From positions 44,493 to 108,492 of IMG/VR virus record IMGVR_UViG_3300031908_000001: DNA of 64,000 nt. One strand, given 5' to 3'. Source of the DNA: a virus. Taxonomy: Duplodnaviria > Caudoviricetes. The notes below the pieces were generated by a model, which had not been told where the DNA came from, did no database searches, and saw only the letters and a list, made by a program, of their open reading frames with translations. This document shows positions 51,739 to 62,099 of the stretch, piece by piece (position 1 is the stretch's first letter; each line of letters starts with the position of its first letter). Both the position numbers and the translations under genes were made by a program.

Positions 51739-53070
51739 TTAAAAATTTTTATAAAAGTTTCCTATCAGCCCATCTTCCCTATGCCATATGAAACATTCAG
51801 CACTCTTTACGCTTCCAACATATCCCGCATCTGAGTGCCAAACATCCGTTCCAGATATACTTCTCATCCACCTGATTGTGCATCCTATCATTTCTTTTAC
51901 TTTCTCATGATGGAAGTGGCCAAGGTGAAATTCTCTATATTTAGTGGCCCCCCAAAGTTTCGGAACTTCTTGAGCCATTATACCTGGAAGGTTTATTGGC
52001 TTCTCTTTATCCCCATGTGATAAGCCTATTAAGCAATTATGATAATGAACATATTTTCTATTTTTAGCTCCATTGTCTATGGTGACATTTTCATTGTTCT
52101 CATAAATGGCCGCTAAAACCTCTCCTAAGTACCATGCTTTATCCTCATCATGATTTCCTCTTACTACCGGAACCAATACCGGTGCTAACATTGCAAGCTT
52201 ATCGATTGTTTGACGAAGGAGATTTACACCTTTTCTAAAGGACTTCTTGTCCCTGGCATCTACATCCTGACGTGTTCCGCGCTTGGTTGTATTCTCATCG
52301 TTATTTGTATTGAAGAAATCCTGACCAACCGGCAGAAGCCATTTTTCCGGCCTAAACAGTGTAGACTTTGTTATCAGATCGTCCACACATGCATTAAATC
52401 TCTCAATTGCAATCTTTGTATCATAGTTTTCTCCAGTCTCCTCCCACCAGCATAATTTATCAATGTGCGCATCAAAGATGTTGATTTGAGCCATTGTTTC
52501 ATTATATACATGAATGCCTTGGTGTATGAATGGTGCCGGTTTAGTGTATTTCTTTAGATCATCAATTAACTCTTCTTTCAACTTTCTTAAGTTAATTTCA
52601 GTAGTTTTTCTCTTAAGCGTTGCCTTTACTTGCCACAGATCTTGAAGCTGGAAGTCTGATGATTTTCTTTCCCATCCTTCTTTTGTACTTCCAACTGTTC
52701 TCGGTATTCCCGCGACCTCCCATTTGTTTACAACAAAGCGTTCAACTTCCCAGCAATCCAAATCAACTTTAGCAGTCTTTAATAATTGATCAAGAGTTAT
52801 TACCCTGTCAAGCTTTGGAGATGTAATTGTTGCCTCCTCCTCTCCAACCTGCTCAAATTTATAATTGTCTTTCTCTTTATGCTCAACAAAAGAGGCATTT
52901 CCGTTTGACATTTTAACCCTCTGCCTTTCGATAGCCTTTCTTAATGATTCTCTATTAAAATTTTGATCAGAATTTTCTTTAATTATTAAATCTGCTAATA
53001 CATAGCTTGATTTAATTTCTGAATGTTTAGCAATATACTCTCTTGCGTGATCAACTAATGATTTAATCAT
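51739..53070 (-). CDS. calcineurin-like metallophosphoesterase with N-terminal extension
   Basis: FDAHID, GQDFF, RGNHD, SHGD, GHFHH. Confidence 0.85.
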   Translation of the reverse strand: MIKSLVDHAREYIAKHSEIKSSYVLADLIIKENSDQNFNRESLRKAIERQRVKMSNGNASFVEHKEKDNYKFEQVGEEEATITSPKLDRVITLDQLLKTAKVDLDCWEVERFVVNKWEVAGIPRTVGSTKEGWERKSSDFQLQDLWQVKATLKRKTTEINLRKLKEELIDDLKKYTKPAPFIHQGIHVYNETMAQINIFDAHIDKLCWWEETGENYDTKIAIERFNACVDDLITKSTLFRPEKWLLPVGQDFFNTNNDENTTKRGTRQDVDARDKKSFRKGVNLLRQTIDKLAMLAPVLVPVVRGNHDEDKAWYLGEVLAAIYENNENVTIDNGAKNRKYVHYHNCLIGLSHGDKEKPINLPGIMAQEVPKLWGATKYREFHLGHFHHEKVKEMIGCTIRWMRSISGTDVWHSDAGYVGSVKSAECFIWHREDGLIGNFYKNF

Positions 53071-53372
53071 GAATTCTCTTTTAATTTCTCTTTTTTCAAT
53101 TCTTCCCCGCCTTCTTTTTTGAAGTGCTCTGAAGACCGCCTTTTCATTTTTTTATTGAATTCGGCCTGTTGCGAAGGTGTCATTTTGCGATAATCTTGAG
53201 GTCCAAGGAATGCTGGAAGAGAAATTAATTTGATTAATCTCTCATTACAGGTTTTGCAAGTGGTTTTTTCAATTGTTTCTTCCGATTGGTTTTGATTGCC
53301 TATTTCTGACATCGGAAGGATTACATCAGTTACATATTCGCATGTATTGCACTGAAATTCATAGATTGGCAT
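53067..53372 (-). CDS. FmdB-family zinc-ribbon protein
   Basis: MPIYEFQCNTC...CKTC..L.KLIS. Confidence 0.8.
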   Translation of the reverse strand: MPIYEFQCNTCEYVTDVILPMSEIGNQNQSEETIEKTTCKTCNERLIKLISLPAFLGPQDYRKMTPSQQAEFNKKMKRRSSEHFKKEGGEELKKEKLKENS

Positions 53373-53511
53373 TTTGTTAAGTTACTTAATGAATTTACGA
53401 TCTTTTAATAATTATCTTCTTGTATTTTTAACTTTACTGCCAGATACAAGAAACACAATCCTGTTGACACAAACAATGAGCCCATCATTTGACAGTAATC
53501 AGTTATCAGTA

Positions 53512-53832
53512 TCATTTATATCTGGATTTCGTCATTGCTTCATATCCTAGCTTATTCTCTATATAAAAGAAAAATAATCCAGGTCCATTTTGTAATACTT
53601 CTGACAATCTTAGTCTTTGTCTATCTGTTAAATTTCTTAATTCATAAGCTTCATGAAGATATCCTTCTAAATTTTCAAGCTGTTTAATAGTGGGATAAAA
53701 GCATAAATCTGCTTTGCCGGTAGTTTTATATATCTCCCAAGATTCTTTTATTTCTCTTAATAGCTGTTCCATATTATTTATATCTTCTTCTGCAAAACTC
53801 TGCCATAAGTACTGCATCTGTGATGCCATCAT
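53512..53832 (-). CDS. hypothetical protein (start probably later than annotated)
   Basis: ORF downstream of the resolvase. Confidence 0.5.
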   Translation of the reverse strand: MMASQMQYLWQSFAEEDINNMEQLLREIKESWEIYKTTGKADLCFYPTIKQLENLEGYLHEAYELRNLTDRQRLRLSEVLQNGPGLFFFYIENKLGYEAMTKSRYK

Positions 53833-54274
53833 GAGGAACTTTTGATCTGTCAGTTGCTAGAAAAGTTTCTTCTGGAAACAGTCTCTTAGCTGCAAGCAAT
53901 GACATTAATTTTGTATCATTCTTTCCATTCTTTATCTGAACAGGTATTCCATAACACATCTCTTTCTGCCATTCCTTTGGCTGAACTTTTGTATATGGTA
54001 TCTTATAAGATACTAGTATTCCTTCAATCATTCCATTTGTATGACCGAATGAAAAGTTAGATTTTGCACCAGCTCCATGCACCGAATGTACGTTTTCAAG
54101 TACTACATGTATTTTGTCAAATTCTTTCAATCGCATTATAAGGTTCGATAATCCTCGAATATCAATTTCTTTACCTATGAGTGGGAAAACTTCGTACACT
54201 AAATTAATACCATTCTCATCTATAATGGCAAGAGCTCCAGACTTCCCAGGATCTATTCCACAATATGCTTTCAT
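53774..54274 (-). CDS. RuvC-like Holliday junction resolvase
   Basis: GIDPGKSGA, VLENV, FSFG...G, V.P..WQK, DGITDAVLMAEF. Confidence 0.88.
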   Translation of the reverse strand: MKAYCGIDPGKSGALAIIDENGINLVYEVFPLIGKEIDIRGLSNLIMRLKEFDKIHVVLENVHSVHGAGAKSNFSFGHTNGMIEGILVSYKIPYTKVQPKEWQKEMCYGIPVQIKNGKNDTKLMSLLAAKRLFPEETFLATDRSKVPHDGITDAVLMAEFCRRRYK

Positions 54275-54436
54275 AGACTAAATTTTGTAAAAGGGTTATC
54301 TTGAGTATAGCCCAAGCCATTCATTCCATCTATAAAATCTTTTCTAAATTTTGCAACATCTCTTAATCTCTTCTCAGAATCAAAGTTTTTTACTCTCTTC
54401 TTTGATATTCTTTTTGCTCTTGTCTGATTCATAAAT

Positions 54437-54658
54437 TTATTTGGTTCTATTATCTTGGAAATATGGTGCTGTGAATTTCTTATATCCTCTTAAGTCTTTC
54501 ACCGGCTTAACTTCATTGTATTTCTTTCTTAGGCATATGTTTCCGGCCATTTTAAATGTAACACCTAAGTCACATAGTTCCATAACCTGATAAGCCTTCT
54601 TGTTGAATGGAGTATCATTATTTATGATCTCCACAAAATCTCCGCTCTTCAGATTCAT
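54437..54658 (-). CDS. SH3-like hypothetical protein
   Basis: LKSGDFVEII. Confidence 0.55.
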   Translation of the reverse strand: MNLKSGDFVEIINNDTPFNKKAYQVMELCDLGVTFKMAGNICLRKKYNEVKPVKDLRGYKKFTAPYFQDNRTK

Positions 54659-55077
54659 TATCGGTAATTTAATAACTTAAGATACACTGTTCTTGTAACA
54701 CCTTTGATGCCAACACATGGGCCACTTACTGGAGTGATGTTGATGTAATATGCATTATCCTCGGTAAATAGCTTCTTTGGTAGTTGCAGAAGGAATGGAT
54801 GACAACACATTTTTACTTCATAAACCAATCCATCTGGGTTTCCTATTTCGACATGAACTGATCCCAAATTGTTAGATTTTACAATAAAAATTGATAGATT
54901 GACTGTATCCGATGCGTTTAATACTTTTACATCAATCATATTCAGATTGTCAATAAACATTATTGGCTTTTGCCTATCATCATCCATTAGAATCAATCTA
55001 TCTATAGTTACATCCTGTTGTGCGAATGCCTTTATTGCTATAAATACAAGTAGGCACGTTAAGATTAATTTTTTCAT
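54658..55077 (-). CDS. putative exported protein
   Basis: Signal peptide MKKLILTCLLVFIAIKAFA/QQ. Confidence 0.65.
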   Translation of the reverse strand: MKKLILTCLLVFIAIKAFAQQDVTIDRLILMDDDRQKPIMFIDNLNMIDVKVLNASDTVNLSIFIVKSNNLGSVHVEIGNPDGLVYEVKMCCHPFLLQLPKKLFTEDNAYYINITPVSGPCVGIKGVTRTVYLKLLNYR

Positions 55078-56138
55078 CTAAATCCTATTTTCTTAGTTGT
55101 TTTTTTATCATTAAAATCCTCATCGTTAATATTAAATATGTCGGCCAATGACATTGGGACATCTGAAATATAATCAAATCCTATTTTCTTAAGTAAATTA
55201 TTTGTTTTTTCAATTGATAAATTTTGAAAATTATATTTTGCAATCATTCTTCCCTTTCTTAATAATGCTTTATCAATATCATCAATCTTACAATTGAATG
55301 TTGCTATTACTTGAATATTAAATGCTTCTGCAAGCAATCCATCGCCTAAATTCAATATGTTTCCTATTGCTTGACCGGAATGCTCACTTCTTTGTCTTAA
55401 AATATTTTCAGCTTCTTCTATAACCAACACAGTATTTGGATGATCAGATAAAAATGGTATTAACTCAGGGGATGAGATGAATGAAACCATATCAGCACTC
55501 ATGAATATAAATTTCTTATCAACTAGCGTGGTTAAATGTTTTATATATGTGCTCTTGCCGGCTCCTGGGTCTGAATGAAGCAATACTATACCCTTATCAT
55601 TTTTGTTGTTTAATCTTTTGACAATATTTTCATGAATTGGTTTAAAATCATCATTGTAATGATCATCTATATTAACCTCAGTCTCTGAAAATTTAAATGA
55701 TTTTAAGAAAAACCCATTGGTGTTTTTTATTATAAAATTTATTTTGTTTGAATTGCTCTTTGTCTTAGCAACCATATATTTTTCTGCAATCTCTCTTATT
55801 TTCAGACCAACTTCTTTGTCGTAATAACAAATATCTGCAAACCGAGGATCTTCCATTTTGTCATCAGTATCATTCGATTCATTAATAATTATACCCTCTT
55901 TGTAAAAATGATACCTGTTAATAGAAGAATGTTCATTAAAGTGAGATTCGCTAAATACAGTATCCTCGATAGAAAATAATTTATTAATCTCATTCAAAAA
56001 GCTGACCTTATCTGTCAATAAACAATATAAACTAGAGGGGTAGAAATTAAATCTTTTAATAAAGAAAAGAACTAATCTTGTAGATGTTGTAGTTGTCCCA
56101 TATTCACTGGCATTGCTATAATTGATTTTACTGCTCAT
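55074..56138 (-). CDS. AAA+ ATPase
   Basis: HSDPGAGKS, VIEEAE, LN..DG, ATFN...ID.ALLR.GR, KKIGF. Confidence 0.9.
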   Translation of the reverse strand: MSSKINYSNASEYGTTTTSTRLVLFFIKRFNFYPSSLYCLLTDKVSFLNEINKLFSIEDTVFSESHFNEHSSINRYHFYKEGIIINESNDTDDKMEDPRFADICYYDKEVGLKIREIAEKYMVAKTKSNSNKINFIIKNTNGFFLKSFKFSETEVNIDDHYNDDFKPIHENIVKRLNNKNDKGIVLLHSDPGAGKSTYIKHLTTLVDKKFIFMSADMVSFISSPELIPFLSDHPNTVLVIEEAENILRQRSEHSGQAIGNILNLGDGLLAEAFNIQVIATFNCKIDDIDKALLRKGRMIAKYNFQNLSIEKTNNLLKKIGFDYISDVPMSLADIFNINDEDFNDKKTTKKIGFR

Positions 56139-56143
56139 ATATT

Positions 56144-58042
56144 TTAGTTTAAAATTTTACTGATACCATTTTTCTTTTCTACCCTTAATGTATTCTCAAA
56201 TTCTGAGTTGTAGCTGGTGTGTGTAATAACCAAAATATTTTGGTTTAATAGCTTAAGAGATCTTAAAATTTCTCTGGCGGCGGTTCCATCTACGCTCTCT
56301 ATAATTTCATCCAGGCATAGTAAATTTAATCCGACATTTGAATTATTGTTGATGATTGATTGCAGTGCCAGTATTCCAGCAATATCCACCTTTGTTTTTT
56401 CCCCCGAAGAGAATTTATTAAAGTTTTCACTGGTAAAACCGTCTCTGCTTATTGATGTCTCTATCTCTTCCTTTATTTTGCCATTTGCAAGCAGTCTGAA
56501 GCCATCTATTTTAACAGATAGGTTTGTATTCATTTGCTGGAGAAAGTGATTTGTATATGACTCAATTGCTTTGATTGACTGATTTGCTAGGTATGATCTA
56601 AACTTCTTGAAATTAGCGGCGCAATATTGTAATTCACTTAATTTATTTTGCTCCTTGGTTAAATTTAGCAAAACTTCCTGTAATTTCTCATTAAGTAACT
56701 TAATATTTTTTTTGATTTCTAAAGTTTGATCTTCTTCGGACAACTTTTCAATCTCATTTTTTAGATATATTACCTTCTCTTTTGTCTTATTCCACTCATA
56801 CATTTTTGCCTCATAATCCTGATCTAGCTTATTATATTCTTTTTGCTTAATGGTCTGGCGATCCTCTAATTGCTTCTTCTCAGCTATTATTTCTTCCTTC
56901 TGAGTTTCTAAAATTTCCAGATCAGATTCATATTCTTCTATTTTACTATTTATTTCAATTCTTGCTTCATTTAAGGCATTTAATTCTTTGTCCAATAGCG
57001 GCCTCATCTCCCTAGCTTCCTCTATTGTTATTGCCTCATTTCCTAATAAGAATTCGTGAGAACAGCTAGGGCATTCTATAACACCGGCTAGAACATGATC
57101 AACATTATGAAGCATTTCTTTGTTTTCCTTTTCTTCTGAAATAATAGTTTTTAACTTATCAGAATAATCTTTTTTTAGCCCAATAAATTCTCTGGATAAG
57201 CTATTTATTTCTTGCAATTGATGCTCATGATCTCCTACTTTAATTTCATCAATTTCTTTTTTCAGAGCCTTCCTTTTTTTATTAATTTCACCCAACTCCT
57301 GTTTATCTATAATGGCAGCTCTTTCTGATTCTGATTTATATTCTAACTTAAGCTCATATAATCTCTCATTGCCCCTCTCCGATGCTTCAGACAATTGCTC
57401 ATCATAAACTTGAATTTTTGACTCTATTGATAATTTTTCTCTTTCTATTAAAAGTATTTGCCCCTCTATATGACCTATATCAATTTTAACAGCCGCTTCA
57501 ACATTCTCTACTAGATAGGCCTTAGAAAACCTATTGATTATTTCTTTCTTCTGGCCGTCTGTTGATAGAAAGAATGATTTGTAAGTTTCCTTGCTGACAA
57601 TAAAGTAATTTAATAAATCATCGTTGGTGAGATCTAGCAATTCCTGAATATATTTATTTGATTCTTTTGGAGCCAAATCTTTTAAGCTTTCATTTACTTT
57701 TCCATTTACCCATAGCTCTACCCTGGATGGTTTGTTTGAAAATAATCTTCTAATGATCTTATAATTTAATCCCTTTACAGCGTCTTCCAGGTCAAATTCT
57801 ATTTCAAGAAAATCCTTATCGTTGCTTATAAGATCAGAATTTTTTATATCTCTAAATGGGGAGCCGGTTAATGATATTGCAAGCGCCTCTATTATAGTAG
57901 ATTTCCCAGATCCATTGCTGTCAACTCCCTTATCATCCAGATTTACCCCACTCACCAATATTGTTTTATTATCTAAAAAATTATAAGTGCTATCTTGGTG
58001 CGATAGCAAATTTTGAAATCTTATTTTTATCGGTCTTAGCAT
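56144..58042 (-). CDS. SbcC/Rad50/T4 gp46-like recombination ATPase
   Basis: NGSGKS, CPSC zinc hook, coiled coils, FSSGE signature, LCLDE, ITH. Confidence 0.93.
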   Translation of the reverse strand: MLRPIKIRFQNLLSHQDSTYNFLDNKTILVSGVNLDDKGVDSNGSGKSTIIEALAISLTGSPFRDIKNSDLISNDKDFLEIEFDLEDAVKGLNYKIIRRLFSNKPSRVELWVNGKVNESLKDLAPKESNKYIQELLDLTNDDLLNYFIVSKETYKSFFLSTDGQKKEIINRFSKAYLVENVEAAVKIDIGHIEGQILLIEREKLSIESKIQVYDEQLSEASERGNERLYELKLEYKSESERAAIIDKQELGEINKKRKALKKEIDEIKVGDHEHQLQEINSLSREFIGLKKDYSDKLKTIISEEKENKEMLHNVDHVLAGVIECPSCSHEFLLGNEAITIEEAREMRPLLDKELNALNEARIEINSKIEEYESDLEILETQKEEIIAEKKQLEDRQTIKQKEYNKLDQDYEAKMYEWNKTKEKVIYLKNEIEKLSEEDQTLEIKKNIKLLNEKLQEVLLNLTKEQNKLSELQYCAANFKKFRSYLANQSIKAIESYTNHFLQQMNTNLSVKIDGFRLLANGKIKEEIETSISRDGFTSENFNKFSSGEKTKVDIAGILALQSIINNNSNVGLNLLCLDEIIESVDGTAAREILRSLKLLNQNILVITHTSYNSEFENTLRVEKKNGISKILN

Positions 58043-58054
58043 TACTTCGATCTT

Positions 58055-58435
58055 TTAAAATGGACAATCTATTAAATTCTTTTGCTTCTTTTCTTCATTT
58101 CCTTTAACCGCATTTTCACTATTAGTTAGAATCTGAATATTTCCTATTTCATAACCTAAATTATGATCAATTCTATCTATATGATATCCTGTTGCTGAAA
58201 TACCTTTTTTATTTAAATATTCTGTCTTGTGGCAAAATATTTCAAACTCTTCAAATGTTAAATTAAAGCTCTTTCCTCTTCTTTTTGCATTCTGTTTTAA
58301 ACAGTTGTAAAAATATTTTACCGGATGCCTCTCTTTATATCTTTGCTTCTTGTGCTTGTGACAAATTTTACTCCCCTTTCCCGATGAATGATTTCTGCAA
58401 AATTTCATTTCGCACTTTTGCTTTTTCTCTTTCAT
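58055..58435 (-). CDS. HNH-like endonuclease
   Basis: AKRRG..F.LTFEEF, HIDRID...GY..GNIQ.LT..EN. Confidence 0.75.
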   Translation of the reverse strand: MKEKKQKCEMKFCRNHSSGKGSKICHKHKKQRYKERHPVKYFYNCLKQNAKRRGKSFNLTFEEFEIFCHKTEYLNKKGISATGYHIDRIDHNLGYEIGNIQILTNSENAVKGNEEKKQKNLIDCPF

Positions 58436-59280
58436 TTTTGATATAGTCTAAAACCCTTTTATTCGCTTCTCCTTCAGTATTCTCATCATCCAGTGCATCA
58501 CATATAAAATTCAAATCACAAGATGCAGACATATCTTCTTCAAATTCGGCATAAGTCATAATTGTGTAAGAATCAGAAGGATCATGATACCACCAGCATC
58601 TTTGATTTAAATCTATCTCTTTCTCCATTGGAACAGATTTAAGATTTTCTCTATTAAATTTCATTTAATTGAGTCTTTTGCCAGCTCCATCTGTTACATG
58701 ATAAGAAATATACATGTCAAGGCTTTTTTGATTAAGCTCTTGACATTTTAAAATTGCATCCTCTCTAGTTAATCCTTCTTCCACCGTAGTCCATGCAGCA
58801 CAAAACATATCTTCGATAATGCTATAGTTATTCTCCATCATTATTTACTTTTGTTTGAACAAGTGATTCTTGAATTATATAATTTCTTCTTCTATCATCC
58901 CTATGTGGGAATTCCATCTCAGGAAAAATTCTGTACTGAGTAAAATCTATTTTTTGAGTTTCTGAAGTATATTTTACCGGAAATTTTTTTAGAAGGAAAT
59001 TTGGGAAACAAGATTCTTTAAAATGTTGAAACCATGTTGCCGGCTTTTTAAACTCATATTCAAAGTTTTTTACAATCCTTTCACCAACAATCTCTGCAAA
59101 GAATCTTGTTATTTCTTCATTATGTATATATGAGTGTAATCTTATAGCTTCAAATGACTGATTTACAGAATTAGAAATACGAATTTCTTTTTGAAATGGT
59201 ACTATATCGTATGTTTTTCTATGTATTTCATAAAATGAGTTTGGTGATTCTGGAAGGGGTGAAAATTTATTATTATCCAT
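58368..59280 (-). other. hypothetical ORFs (58368-58664, 58828-59280)
   Basis: Inserted between the SbcD-like and SbcC-like genes. Confidence 0.55.
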
Positions 59281-59281
59281 A

Positions 59282-60295
59282 TTATAAGTTGCTTAAGTAT
59301 TTAATATGTGTTTGCTTGTGCTCAATATTGTTAAGAATTGCAAATTCTTCAAATGATGCAGATATGGATGTTTTATCATGACACACTACCCTGGCCTGAA
59401 TATCCTCATATGTAATCGGCTCCTCTGTCTCAAATTTATAATCTATCCAATCCGGTATCATTGCCTTATTAAAAGAAGCAAGCTTTGAAGCATCTCCCCT
59501 TATTATTAATCTAACATTGTGACCTTTATAAGTTTCATGATCAAATTCGCAATTAATAATATCATCTATATCAATTATTTGCTTATGAAATTCTTTAAAT
59601 CTAAGCTTCACAAACTCTATTGATCCATCATTATAAATTACAGTTAATCCCCTTTGATTATCAGCTCCAAAATCTTGTGGATGAGATGCACCTATGTAAA
59701 ATATATTTTCTCCTATCTGAGATCTGGAGTGATAGTGTCCTATTAAGACCTTATGAAATTTTGCGAATAGATCAGAGCTTAATTCATTTTCAACCTTGGT
59801 TCCATCATTGTTTCTTACTCCATTTACCGCTATATGAGTAAGAAGAATATTTATAACCCCTGGTTTTAATTTATCGGTTATATTTTTTAACCTCTGCATA
59901 TATGATCCAGTTTCTTTAAAATAAGGTATCATATATATATGCATGTTTGAATCATTGAAAACCAGACTCTCTTTCCTAAATACCTCAAAACTATCACTAT
60001 AAAAAATGTCTAAATAACTCTCCTCTGAGTCTGCTCCCACTGCATCGTGATTCCCCTTTATAGCCTTGCAATTAATATTATTGCGACTTAAATTATTTAA
60101 AATTTCTTGTGTTGCCATTAATACACTGAGAGGCTGGGCTGTGCGATTTGTGAACCAATCACCATCAAAAAATAAATTTGTTGTTTTGAACTCTGCACAT
60201 TTCTCAATTACTTGGTCAAATATATCTTTCACATCTTCAGTATTATCTCTGTGCATGTGAGTATCCGTAATCACAATACCTATTGCTCTTTTCAT
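59282..60295 (-). CDS. SbcD/Mre11/T4 gp47-like nuclease
   Basis: TDTH, GDWF, GNHD, THIAV, GHYH, YIGAS....FG. Confidence 0.9.
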   Translation of the reverse strand: MKRAIGIVITDTHMHRDNTEDVKDIFDQVIEKCAEFKTTNLFFDGDWFTNRTAQPLSVLMATQEILNNLSRNNINCKAIKGNHDAVGADSEESYLDIFYSDSFEVFRKESLVFNDSNMHIYMIPYFKETGSYMQRLKNITDKLKPGVINILLTHIAVNGVRNNDGTKVENELSSDLFAKFHKVLIGHYHSRSQIGENIFYIGASHPQDFGADNQRGLTVIYNDGSIEFVKLRFKEFHKQIIDIDDIINCEFDHETYKGHNVRLIIRGDASKLASFNKAMIPDWIDYKFETEEPITYEDIQARVVCHDKTSISASFEEFAILNNIEHKQTHIKYLSNL

Positions 60296-60420
60296 ATTTT
60301 CTTTTTAATGACTAAATAAATATTACAAAAAATTGCTATTGTTCCTGAAGATATGAGGATAATTCTAATCACCCAGGTTACGATTTCTTTATTTTCTAGC
60401 ACGATCTTTTATTTAAAATA

Positions 60421-60448
60421 TGGGTGAGGTATTTTGAATCCTCACCCA
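60421..60448 (-). terminator. hairpin after the SSB gene
   Basis: TGGGTGAGG/CCTCACCCA inverted repeat; modest T tract. Confidence 0.6.
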
Positions 60449-60454
60449 ATTAAC

Positions 60455-61780
60455 TTATTTTTTTTGACTAGCTGCCAATTTTGCTTTCATTGCAGCAAAT
60501 TTGTCTTTACTACTTTCACCGGCTGTTTTCTTTTCTTCCTTAAAAGGAGTCTCTTTTATTGGCGCTTCTTCCTCTTCATCATCTTCCTCCTCCGCTACAA
60601 TTTTCTTTGCTGGCTCTTCTTCCTCATCCTTTAAATGCTCTTCTCGGATAAGAGATCTTATATCATCATCTGACATTGATTTCTTGACCAAGATCTCCAG
60701 CTCTTCTTCTGCTATATATTCCTTTAGTTCGGTTCTGTCCATGTCATCGAACATATCACCAGATTTAGCTTTCTTTTTAGCTGGTGGGGGTGTTTTTGCA
60801 GTAGATTTCTTTTCTTCTTTTGGAGATGATTTTTCAGATTTTGCACCAACTTTTTTAGTTTCTGGTTCTTTCTTTTCATCATCTTCCGGCACCATAGCAT
60901 CTATTTCTTCAACAATATCTAACCAGGAATCATGTGCAAATGCACCAAATCCATGTTTTTCATCATAAATTTGAAGTCCGGCAAGCTGATTTTCATAATC
61001 AGATCTTTTAAATGTATTTGTCAGAAGACTAGTTAATGATTCTTGAGTTTCCAAAAATTCAAGCTCTTCATCTGTTAAGGGCATGGCTCCTTTTGCAACT
61101 TCCAATGAAACTGAATAAAAATCGTTGGCCGTCTTTGCATTTGGATCTCTTACAATTTTTACTACAAATCCATTATCTGGATCAGAAATGATATCTGTTT
61201 CGATTGGATCATCGCTGTCTTCAGAAAAAGCTTGTTTATTTATCTGATCCTTGATGCTTTTACCAAATTCAAGTCTTGCAAATTTTTTGACTATGCTTTT
61301 ATCCGGCTTAGTTGAAATTTTGTCTGCATAACAAACATATTTAATATCGTTTGATATTTTAGTAGATGGAGCTTTCCCATTTTTTAGGATGGCTAACCTT
61401 GTTTTCAGCTCATCTGCATCATCAATTTCATCCTGCAAGAGTGCTGTTACAAATTTAACATATTCTTCAACAAGATCTTTCTCATATCCGCCATGCACCT
61501 TTGCATTAAAAACCGGCATGTTTTTAACTACTTTTTTAGTTTTACCCTTTTCGTCTTTTTCTTCAACTTCTCTTGGTAGCCACACTGTAACCTTTGGCAA
61601 ACAAAATGTTTCATCTCCCTGACCTGGGTAAATTCTAAACTTATTTGTACCGTTATCAATTTCATGATAACCCGCTCTGCCACCATTTGATGTACCGGCC
61701 AGCTTTTCTGTTTGCTCCTCTTGCTCTTTTAATTTAGCAACAGAGCTTCCTTTGAATTTCGATCTATCGAATTTCGCCAT
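60455..61780 (-). CDS. single-stranded DNA-binding protein (gp32-like)
   Basis: GTNKFRIYP, ISDPD.GF...I, Y.VS motifs; long acidic C-terminus; next to the recombination genes. Confidence 0.7.
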   Translation of the reverse strand: MAKFDRSKFKGSSVAKLKEQEEQTEKLAGTSNGGRAGYHEIDNGTNKFRIYPGQGDETFCLPKVTVWLPREVEEKDEKGKTKKVVKNMPVFNAKVHGGYEKDLVEEYVKFVTALLQDEIDDADELKTRLAILKNGKAPSTKISNDIKYVCYADKISTKPDKSIVKKFARLEFGKSIKDQINKQAFSEDSDDPIETDIISDPDNGFVVKIVRDPNAKTANDFYSVSLEVAKGAMPLTDEELEFLETQESLTSLLTNTFKRSDYENQLAGLQIYDEKHGFGAFAHDSWLDIVEEIDAMVPEDDEKKEPETKKVGAKSEKSSPKEEKKSTAKTPPPAKKKAKSGDMFDDMDRTELKEYIAEEELEILVKKSMSDDDIRSLIREEHLKDEEEEPAKKIVAEEEDDEEEEAPIKETPFKEEKKTAGESSKDKFAAMKAKLAASQKK

Positions 61781-61830
61781 TTTTATTTTAAATTTAAGTT
61801 ATTTAATATTTACCGTTTATGTTAATTGAA

Positions 61831-62049
61831 TTATAAATTATCTGCAAGAGACTTTATAAGATCCTTATTTGCATATAAGGCCTTAATCAAATTATTGGGC
61901 GTTATTGTATAACCCAAATTAAGGTTCTCTACAAATGTCTCAATGCACCATTTTTCAGCAGCCTCTGTTTTAAAGGCCTCATGCTGTTTGGCCTCACAAA
62001 TGGTATGATGAATTGCACCATCGGAGGTTTTATAAAATGCTGTGATCAT
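61831..62049 (-). CDS. hypothetical protein
   Basis: 72 aa with upstream operator at 62082-62095. Confidence 0.55.
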   Translation of the reverse strand: MITAFYKTSDGAIHHTICEAKQHEAFKTEAAEKWCIETFVENLNLGYTITPNNLIKALYANKDLIKSLADNL

Positions 62050-62099
62050 ATTTCTATAAATTTATGTTAAATTATTTAATTATAAAAGTTTTTATTAAG

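Larger units (their letters stand above)
9106..62095. repeat. dispersed 14-bp palindrome AT(A/C)AAA[GT/AC]TTT(T/G)AT, about 20 intergenic copies
   Basis: Copies at 9106, 9376, 13749, 13766, 14857, 17832, 19423, 21700, 27438, 29452, 31984, 33142, 35516, 35546, 41134, 44649, 45319, 48493, 51411, 51632, 62082. Confidence 0.85.
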
